IMG/VR virus record: IMGVR_UViG_3300035698_000446
DNA: 64,000 nt
Reading direction: 5' to 3' (one strand)
Origin: an uncultured virus (IMG/VR IMGVR_UViG_3300035698_000446)
Lineage: Duplodnaviria > Heunggongvirae > Uroviricota > Caudoviricetes
Position numbers and translations under genes: made by a program. The notes under the pieces were generated by a model that did not search any database, was not told the origin of the DNA, and was given only the letters and a program-made list of their open reading frames with translations. Positions within the stretch are counted from its first letter, which is position 1; each line of letters starts with the position of its first letter. Below are positions 56,558-64,000 of the stretch, piece after piece.

Positions 56558-59500
56558 ATGGCCGCAAGAAAAAGCATAAATTTACTTCCTGGTGTATTTA
56601 GAACTGATGTTAACGAAAAGTTTCTAAATGCTACAGTAGACCAGCTAGTTAGTGAACCATCACTAACAACTCTTTATGGCTATATTGGTCGTCAATTTTC
56701 TCCAACATATCAGAAAGGTGATAGTTATGTTACTGAAGGAACAACTAAACGTCAGGACTATCAGTTAGAACCGACTACAGTAATAAAAAATACTAAAGAC
56801 GAAACAACATTCTTTGCTAGTTATTTAGATTTCCTTAATAAGGTTAACTACTACGGTGGATACACTAATAACCACAGTAGGTTATTTGCCAGCGAATACT
56901 ACAGCTTTGACCCACAGATGTCATATGACAAGTTTGTAAATTTTGGACAATATTATTGGTTGCCTAATGGCCCATCCACAGTACAAGTAAACACAGGTGG
57001 AGTTGAACTAATCAAAGGTTATACAGTTTCTCGCAACGATAACCAAAATCAATATGACTTTACTTCTGAAGGAGTACAGAACAACACATTGATATTGGCA
57101 CGAGGTGGCACATACACCTTTACAGTAAATCAGTCAGCTGGATTTTGGATTCAAACAGAACTAGGCATAGATGGATTAATTAATGTTACTCCAACAATTA
57201 GTAGTAGAGGGGTGTTGGGAGTAGAAAACAACGGAGCTAACGTTGGTACAGTAACATTTACAGTGCCACAATCAGATGCCCAAGATAGATTCCTAGCACA
57301 AAATACAGTAGCAACTGTTGACTATGCACTTCCGTTGGCATTTTCTAAAGTACAAAATAGATTACTAAGTTCTTTCTTAGAAGAATTTCCACAGTTTGCT
57401 GGACTTGCTGGTCAGTTAGACGGTAAGACTGTAGTATTTGTTTTACAGGACCAATTAACGAATGTAGAAGATGCGTGGACAGTAGCATACGAGAATAGTG
57501 GTGAATCAGTTGAATTTGATTTTGGGGACATAGTTCCTGAGGGAAGTAGATACGGCGTGTGGGAAGTACAACTAATTACTTCCGGTAGTGATCAGCTTAT
57601 TAATATATACCCAACAACTAGTATACCATTTGATAATAAAGTGTACGTCAAGTCAGGCATAAACTATGTAAACAAAGAATTTTACAAAGAATATACCGCT
57701 TTCCTCGAACCAGTTCCAGTTATATCCAGTATCTTAGATACGCTATGGATCCAAGACGGTGAGAGAGCAGACATCTACACCAAGATTAAAATCGTAGAGT
57801 TTAATAATTTTACCATTGACGTTGACAATGATATTTTAAATGAGTCTACATATACCAGTCCCAATGGTATAGAATTTACCAGTGGATTAAAAATACAATT
57901 TGACAATGATGTTACTCCTGCCTCATACCAAGGAAAAACATACTATGTAGAAAATGTTGGAGAAGCAATTAGATTAGTCGACGAAACATTGTTAGTAACC
58001 CCTGAGTTGTACAACGACGAAGTAGCAACAAACTACCCGTTGCAACGTGTAATGCTGACAAAGTCGACAACAGGAATAATCCCCGGAGGTACAATAATTA
58101 CAGTTGGCACTAGCTCAATTGAAGTTTACACCGATATAGCGATCGGGTCAACAAAGATAACTACCCTTGACTCAATAGCAAACATTGATAAGGGACAAGC
58201 AGTAAGTGGGCACAACAGCATAGCCTCAGGAACAACTGTTTACGAGGCTTTTCCGGATAAAGTATTTCCAGACTATATCACAATAAAAAGAGACGCATTA
58301 GATCTAAATGCATGGTCACGTAGTAATCGCTGGGTACACTCTGCAGTCATTGAAGCCACAGCAACTTACAATTCTGAGATATTAGTTCTCTCACAAGACT
58401 TGCGTGCTCAACGTCCTATAATACAATTTGAAGGTGACCTGCAACTATTCAACCATGGACGAATTGGTAAGCGGCATATTGATATTTTAGACACTGTAAT
58501 CACAGACGCTTTTACAGAGCTAGAAGGTAAAACATTAACAACAGCATTTGGCATCACATTGTTTGATGGCATGCGTGTACTATTTGCTAACGACAATGAT
58601 CCATTGGTAAAAAATAAAATATATGTTCTTAATTTAGTACAATATGAAGTTGACTCAGATGGTGCACCAGAAGGCACATTCCATATCAACTTAACTAAAG
58701 CAGACGATGGTGATGCGGAAGAGTGGGACTCAGTAGTAGTTGGTGCCGGTAGATACAAAGGCAGTGCCTGGTGGTATAACGGAACACAGTGGAATGAAAG
58801 TCAACAAAAAACAGCGGCACAACAAGATCCATTGTTTGATGTTTACGATAATAATAATAGAAGTTTGTCAAACACTGACTATTATCCACGCAGTAGTTTT
58901 GTTGGAACAAAATTATTTGGATATCAACGTGGAACAACAGGAACCAACGACAGTGTTTTAGGCTTTCCGTTAAGCTATAGGAGTTTTAATAGTCAAGGTG
59001 ATATTCTTTTCTCTAACTATTTTAATACTGATAAGTTTGATTATGTGATTGACCAAGACGTTACAGAAAAAAGTACTAATATTGGATTCTTGCAGTCTAT
59101 ACAGTCTAATAGGACAACCACACCTAAAAATACTTGGCACACAGTCAACGAACCTAGCAAGCAATATCAGATATTCGCATTTGAATACGACGGAACAAAT
59201 AATCTATTTGCACTAGACGTTACGCCAAAAAATCAAAATGTACATGGGTTCTCAGATACGATTCCTTATGTTAAAGTTTATCAGAATCAAAAACTACTAA
59301 AACAGACACAGTGGACTATATCAGCTACAAACAAGATAACGCTGAATACTACGTTGGTCCAAGGTGATACTATTAATGCATTAGTTTATAGTGATCAAAT
59401 TAGTAAAGAAGCATACTATCAAGTTCCTTTAAACTTAGATCTAAATGCACAGAATACTGATATAACGTCATTGACGCTTGGACAAATTAGAAATCACGTT

Positions 59501-62500
59501 GTGGCATTAGGAACAAATAGCACGGCATTAGTAGGAGACATCCTTGGGCTATCAAATCTAAGAGACATAAGCATCACTGGCCAAGGTGGTAGTATATTAC
59601 AACACAGTGCACCTATTCCTTATGCTGAACTATTCCTGATAGATGACAAAGCAAACTTTGTTGATGCAATTCAATATGCACAGAGAGAGTATGCAAAATT
59701 TAAGAACAAGTTTCTTGAGTTGGCGGTATCATCTCCAGGCATAGATTCGTCAGACCCTGTCGCTAGCGTTGACATCATACTTGCACAAATAAACATTAAT
59801 AAGAATGTTTCATCACCATGGCATTACAGTGACATGATTCCATACGGAACATTGAAGAACGTTATAACATACAGTGTGTTTGATCCGTTTGTTCTTAGTT
59901 ATGAAATTACAAATGTATTTTCGTCCACAACATTAACTAACCAAGCAGTGTTAGTATACCTAAATGGCACACAATTAATATTAGGCAAAGACTACTCATT
60001 TGATGCCACAAGGCCAGCAGTTACCTTTGATGTTAATTATGTGACATTTGCTGTTGGTGACGTAATAACCATGGTTGAATATGCAAATACTGATGGTTCT
60101 TACATACCAGAAACTCCGTCGAAACTTGGCACATATCCAAAGTTTATGCCAGAGATTATTACTGATGACACTTATAGAACTGCGATCACTGTGATACGTG
60201 GTCACGACGGTAGCATTACACCTGCATTTAGTGATTACAGAGATACCCTGCTTCTTGAATTAGAAAAACGTATCTACAACAACATTAAATTACCAGACAG
60301 CAATACATATCAAAATGAATTGCTTTCTGCAATGCCAGGCAAGTTCAGAGAATCTGGATATTCTTACTCAGAGGTGTGGAACGTTACATCAAAAGGGTTT
60401 ATGACCTGGGTTGGCAGGAACAGAGTTGATTTCAGTACTAACAGTTCATTCCAAAGTAACGAACCGTTTACATGGAACTATTCAAGATTTGTTGATCGCA
60501 TCGACGGCGAATACCTGCCAGGCAGTTGGCGTGCAGTTTATCAATACTTCTATGACACCATATATCCACATATCCGACCATGGGAAATGTTAGGTTTCTC
60601 AACAAAACCAAATTGGTGGGAAGACCGTTATGGCGCAGGACCATACACAGGCGGTAACAAACTGTTGTGGGATGATCTAGAAGCGGGTCGAATATACGGT
60701 GGCCCGCGGTCGTTGGTTGACATGGGATCGGGGGTTGGTATAGATACAAACTATGCTCGTCCAGGACTGTCACAGATTATTCCAGTAGATCAAAACGGAT
60801 ACTTATTAAGTCCAGAGAAAGTAGTGGCGTTAGCATCAAATTCTATAGATGCCGCAACATCTTGGGCAACCGGACAATTGGGGCCAGTTGAATGGGCGTG
60901 GAGAAGCAGTAGTGATTATCCATATGTCTTGCAACAAGCTATGGCATTACTTAAACCAGCAGTGTATTTTGGCAGATTCATTGACACGTATAATATTCGC
61001 TACAATACTAGCTTACGCCAATATCTGACATTTGTTAATAATCATCATGTTAGACAGGATGAGATAGTATACAATGGTTATATAGACCCATTATTACCAA
61101 CAGTCATTAACAGGGGCGCCGGTTATCTAAATTGGATCGCTGACTATTTAAAAAATCTTGGCATAACACCGTCAGTAAAAATTAATACAATGCTAGAAAA
61201 CTATAATGTTAAATTAGCATATAAGATGGCAGGATTCAGTGATAAGAAATATTTACAGGTTCTAGCAGAGCAAAGCTCACCAACAAGCACCAATGCTAGT
61301 ATCATGATTCCAGATGAGAACTATGACGTCTTATTGAATAAGTCAACACCACTTAGCAAATTAACATACAGTGCTGTAATTGTTGAAAAATCAACAAATG
61401 GCTTTAGTGTGCGAGGCTATGATTTACACAAACCTTACTTCACTATCATTCCCAGTATTGCTAATAATAATGGATATGGCATTACGGTTCAAGACGAAAC
61501 AGGATATGTCTTCAATGACTATCAGTCTGTAAAATTAACAGTACCATACGGTTATGAATTTAAGACCATACAGCAGGTAGTTGACTTCCTTATAAGTTAT
61601 GAGAGACATCTCATAGCACAGGGCTTTACCTTCAATGATAGAGATGGTGATCTCGGTGAAACACGTAACTGGAAATTAAGTGTTAGAGAATTTTTATTCT
61701 GGGCACAGCAAGGATGGAAACCAGGTAGCATATTGGTATTAAGTCCAGTTACAAATAGTATAAAAGTAGTAACACAAGGTAACATAGTTGACGGCATCGA
61801 AGACAGTCAACACGGTAGTAAAATCGTAGATCAAAATTTTAATCTAGTAAAAAATACTGGATATCAGATTACACGTAGTTCTAATAACTTTAGTGTTACA
61901 TTATCAGATGACAATGTATTGGCCCTGGTTGAATTGGCCCTGGTGCAGTATGAGCATGTGTTAGTCTTTGACAACACCACAGTGTTCAATGATGTGATAT
62001 ATCGTCCTGAGTTAGGCAACAGACAATTTAGATTAAAACTCATTGGGCAAAAGACAGACCTTTGGGATGGTAGCATGTATGCTCCAGGATTTGTTTACAA
62101 CAACGAAACCGTACCAGAATGGCAAGTCGGGGTTGACTATCTTAAAGGCGACCTAATCGTATACAAAGAGCAATATTATGTAGCTTTAAAAAATGTTCCC
62201 GGCACGACAGAATTTAATTTTACTACCTGGAAACAGATACCTAAATCAGAAATAAAATCTGGATTGCTCAGTAACTTCTCAACTACTGCTGTTGAGTCTC
62301 AAAGTTACTATGACAGCTACGGCAAGATACGCGATAAAGATCAGATGGCATACAGTCACGGTCTAATTGGATATAAACCAAGACAGTATCTAGACGACCT
62401 AGGGTTAACTGAAACAACACAAATTGAATTTTATAAAGGTTATATAAAACAAAAAGGAACAAAGAATGCGATTGATGCATTAACTAAAGCAAACTTTAAT

Positions 62501-64000
62501 ACACTTTCTAGCAATATTAATTATTATGAAGAATGGGCGATTCGCACAGGCGAGTATGGCGCGATAACTTCTAATCCTTATGTTGAAATTGCTCTTGACG
62601 AAAAAGCAATATCAGTTAATCCAGCTACTATAAAATTTGTTGGAACTGATAATGCTAACGAAGGTAATGGATTAGACACATTTAATCAAGGCCAACTTTA
62701 TAAATTCTTTGATCAGTCTGGCGCTAAATTCAATGGCAATATTGCCATCAATAGAGATAGCCACAGTAACTATGACAACGACATCTTAACTGCTGGATAT
62801 GTTAACATTGATGACGTAGATACAACAATATATGACATAGCTGACTACTCTACGTTAGATAATTTAACTGATGTCATTGGAACAGGATATACAATATGGA
62901 CTGCTAAAGACTTTACAGGAAAATGGAATGTCTATAGAGTGTCTGAAACAAACAATCAAGTAGTATTATTAACTAATGCCTTAGATGGTTATGTCACTTG
63001 GACGTCATCAGGACAGCACGGACTAGTTAAAGACGATATATTTTTAGTACGTGGGTTTGATGTTAATTTTGATGGTTTCTATCAAGTGTACAAGACACCC
63101 GACCTTAAGAGAGTTACAGCACAATATCTTGGTAACCCTGACAATCTAGACGATCTTAATACATCCAATGGCACTGGTATGTTGTTTGTGTTAGATAGCC
63201 TAAGATTTCAATACATGGAAGATTCTAGGGTATTTGGATTAACTGATCCTAAACAAGGGTGGCGTGTAGGTGATAAGATTTGGATTGATAATGACGGTGA
63301 AACCACAACGGCGCAAGGGCAACCTTATGATGTACCAAGTGGTGGCTGGAAGGTATACGAAAAAACTAAACCGTGGGATTATAAAGAGTCCCTATTAAAA
63401 TCTAGTTCTGAATATGCAACTAATGGGTACGGCCAATCAGTTAAATTTAGTTATGACGGACTTTTAGCAACAGTAGGAAGTCCCTTTGCAAATACTGTTC
63501 CGTACTATAGTGGTGGTGCAGAAGTGACCACTGGTCGAGTTAATACATTTGATAAAAATTATGCAGGCAATCTTGTAGCAGGCACTAGTTTAGTGCCAGC
63601 CGCTGGTAATGCAATAGTGGTTACAAGTGAATTTGGGCACAGTATTGATCAGGCAGTTGAGAAGGTTGCCATTGGTGCACCTGGTAGCTATGGAAATATT
63701 GGTTTAGTATATCTCTACAATAGACCTGCAGGAACTACTTCATTCAATGAGCCACAGGTACTGTGGAGCAAGGATGTTACCACAACCGGAGATAGATTTG
63801 GGTCTAGCATATCACTAAGTGAATATGGTGAATGGCTATATGTAGGCGCCCCGGGAAACGACAGAGTATATGTATACGGATTAAACACTCACGTATCATC
63901 AGAACAAGATATTGTATCAATTAATAACCGTAACACCCTACGACTTGACGGTAATGTTGCTGCCTTCGTGGGAGACTATGTTACGTATCCATTAACTGGA
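56558..64000 (+). CDS. Giant baseplate/virion protein (gp7-like position), partial, >2480 aa
   Basis: Absent from track because it is unterminated. ATG 56558 (MAARKSINLLPGVFRTDVNEKFL...) is in frame with the last codons (...VTYPLTG) at 64000. Has FG-GAP-like propeller repeats near the end. Confidence 0.85.
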   Translation, partial: MAARKSINLLPGVFRTDVNEKFLNATVDQLVSEPSLTTLYGYIGRQFSPTYQKGDSYVTEGTTKRQDYQLEPTTVIKNTKDETTFFASYLDFLNKVNYYGGYTNNHSRLFASEYYSFDPQMSYDKFVNFGQYYWLPNGPSTVQVNTGGVELIKGYTVSRNDNQNQYDFTSEGVQNNTLILARGGTYTFTVNQSAGFWIQTELGIDGLINVTPTISSRGVLGVENNGANVGTVTFTVPQSDAQDRFLAQNTVATVDYALPLAFSKVQNRLLSSFLEEFPQFAGLAGQLDGKTVVFVLQDQLTNVEDAWTVAYENSGESVEFDFGDIVPEGSRYGVWEVQLITSGSDQLINIYPTTSIPFDNKVYVKSGINYVNKEFYKEYTAFLEPVPVISSILDTLWIQDGERADIYTKIKIVEFNNFTIDVDNDILNESTYTSPNGIEFTSGLKIQFDNDVTPASYQGKTYYVENVGEAIRLVDETLLVTPELYNDEVATNYPLQRVMLTKSTTGIIPGGTIITVGTSSIEVYTDIAIGSTKITTLDSIANIDKGQAVSGHNSIASGTTVYEAFPDKVFPDYITIKRDALDLNAWSRSNRWVHSAVIEATATYNSEILVLSQDLRAQRPIIQFEGDLQLFNHGRIGKRHIDILDTVITDAFTELEGKTLTTAFGITLFDGMRVLFANDNDPLVKNKIYVLNLVQYEVDSDGAPEGTFHINLTKADDGDAEEWDSVVVGAGRYKGSAWWYNGTQWNESQQKTAAQQDPLFDVYDNNNRSLSNTDYYPRSSFVGTKLFGYQRGTTGTNDSVLGFPLSYRSFNSQGDILFSNYFNTDKFDYVIDQDVTEKSTNIGFLQSIQSNRTTTPKNTWHTVNEPSKQYQIFAFEYDGTNNLFALDVTPKNQNVHGFSDTIPYVKVYQNQKLLKQTQWTISATNKITLNTTLVQGDTINALVYSDQISKEAYYQVPLNLDLNAQNTDITSLTLGQIRNHVVALGTNSTALVGDILGLSNLRDISITGQGGSILQHSAPIPYAELFLIDDKANFVDAIQYAQREYAKFKNKFLELAVSSPGIDSSDPVASVDIILAQININKNVSSPWHYSDMIPYGTLKNVITYSVFDPFVLSYEITNVFSSTTLTNQAVLVYLNGTQLILGKDYSFDATRPAVTFDVNYVTFAVGDVITMVEYANTDGSYIPETPSKLGTYPKFMPEIITDDTYRTAITVIRGHDGSITPAFSDYRDTLLLELEKRIYNNIKLPDSNTYQNELLSAMPGKFRESGYSYSEVWNVTSKGFMTWVGRNRVDFSTNSSFQSNEPFTWNYSRFVDRIDGEYLPGSWRAVYQYFYDTIYPHIRPWEMLGFSTKPNWWEDRYGAGPYTGGNKLLWDDLEAGRIYGGPRSLVDMGSGVGIDTNYARPGLSQIIPVDQNGYLLSPEKVVALASNSIDAATSWATGQLGPVEWAWRSSSDYPYVLQQAMALLKPAVYFGRFIDTYNIRYNTSLRQYLTFVNNHHVRQDEIVYNGYIDPLLPTVINRGAGYLNWIADYLKNLGITPSVKINTMLENYNVKLAYKMAGFSDKKYLQVLAEQSSPTSTNASIMIPDENYDVLLNKSTPLSKLTYSAVIVEKSTNGFSVRGYDLHKPYFTIIPSIANNNGYGITVQDETGYVFNDYQSVKLTVPYGYEFKTIQQVVDFLISYERHLIAQGFTFNDRDGDLGETRNWKLSVREFLFWAQQGWKPGSILVLSPVTNSIKVVTQGNIVDGIEDSQHGSKIVDQNFNLVKNTGYQITRSSNNFSVTLSDDNVLALVELALVQYEHVLVFDNTTVFNDVIYRPELGNRQFRLKLIGQKTDLWDGSMYAPGFVYNNETVPEWQVGVDYLKGDLIVYKEQYYVALKNVPGTTEFNFTTWKQIPKSEIKSGLLSNFSTTAVESQSYYDSYGKIRDKDQMAYSHGLIGYKPRQYLDDLGLTETTQIEFYKGYIKQKGTKNAIDALTKANFNTLSSNINYYEEWAIRTGEYGAITSNPYVEIALDEKAISVNPATIKFVGTDNANEGNGLDTFNQGQLYKFFDQSGAKFNGNIAINRDSHSNYDNDILTAGYVNIDDVDTTIYDIADYSTLDNLTDVIGTGYTIWTAKDFTGKWNVYRVSETNNQVVLLTNALDGYVTWTSSGQHGLVKDDIFLVRGFDVNFDGFYQVYKTPDLKRVTAQYLGNPDNLDDLNTSNGTGMLFVLDSLRFQYMEDSRVFGLTDPKQGWRVGDKIWIDNDGETTTAQGQPYDVPSGGWKVYEKTKPWDYKESLLKSSSEYATNGYGQSVKFSYDGLLATVGSPFANTVPYYSGGAEVTTGRVNTFDKNYAGNLVAGTSLVPAAGNAIVVTSEFGHSIDQAVEKVAIGAPGSYGNIGLVYLYNRPAGTTSFNEPQVLWSKDVTTTGDRFGSSISLSEYGEWLYVGAPGNDRVYVYGLNTHVSSEQDIVSINNRNTLRLDGNVAAFVGDYVTYPLTG

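Noticed and set aside
58408..62480. Short ORFs listed in the last 6 kb, suggesting a gene-poor region
   Set aside because: All lie inside the single unterminated plus-strand frame starting at 56558.
1..64000. Stop-codon reassignment (alternative genetic code)
   Set aside because: Core genes are full length and tightly packed under the standard code, with TAA, TAG and TGA all used as real stops.

Overview
This 64-kb window is the virion morphogenesis region of a large, AT-rich, T4-like contractile-tailed phage (standard genetic code, dense gene packing). It carries the head genes (gp20 portal, gp21 protease, gp22 scaffold, gp23 capsid), neck and tail genes (gp13/14/15, gp18 sheath, gp19 tube, gp54-like, tape measure, gp26-like), baseplate genes (gp48-like, gp53, hub, gp5, gp25, gp6 and a giant >2480-aa protein running off the right end) and a cluster of repeat-rich fibre/decoration genes. 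It also carries gp46/gp47, the late sigma factor gp55, a dNMP kinase, a Nudix hydrolase and two free-standing homing endonucleases. A central accessory island (36.4-41.5 kb) holds two convergent SDR + radical-SAM gene pairs. They flank a small membrane protein, a histone-H1(Hc1)-like protein, a compact GIY-YIG nuclease and, directly behind that nuclease, a ~350-nt densely base-paired, pseudoknotted non-coding element, which is the best candidate for an undescribed system. Other signals read from the sequence: a T-TTT-TTC -1 frameshift site joining gp26 to a start-less gp51-like frame, a relaxed TAAATA late-promoter motif with several exactly positioned leaderless genes, a promoter-in-loop hairpin that hides the neck-gene Shine-Dalgarno, two structured 5' leaders, and a T4-type capsid-targeting N-terminus. 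All assignments come from motif recognition by eye; no database searches were run.
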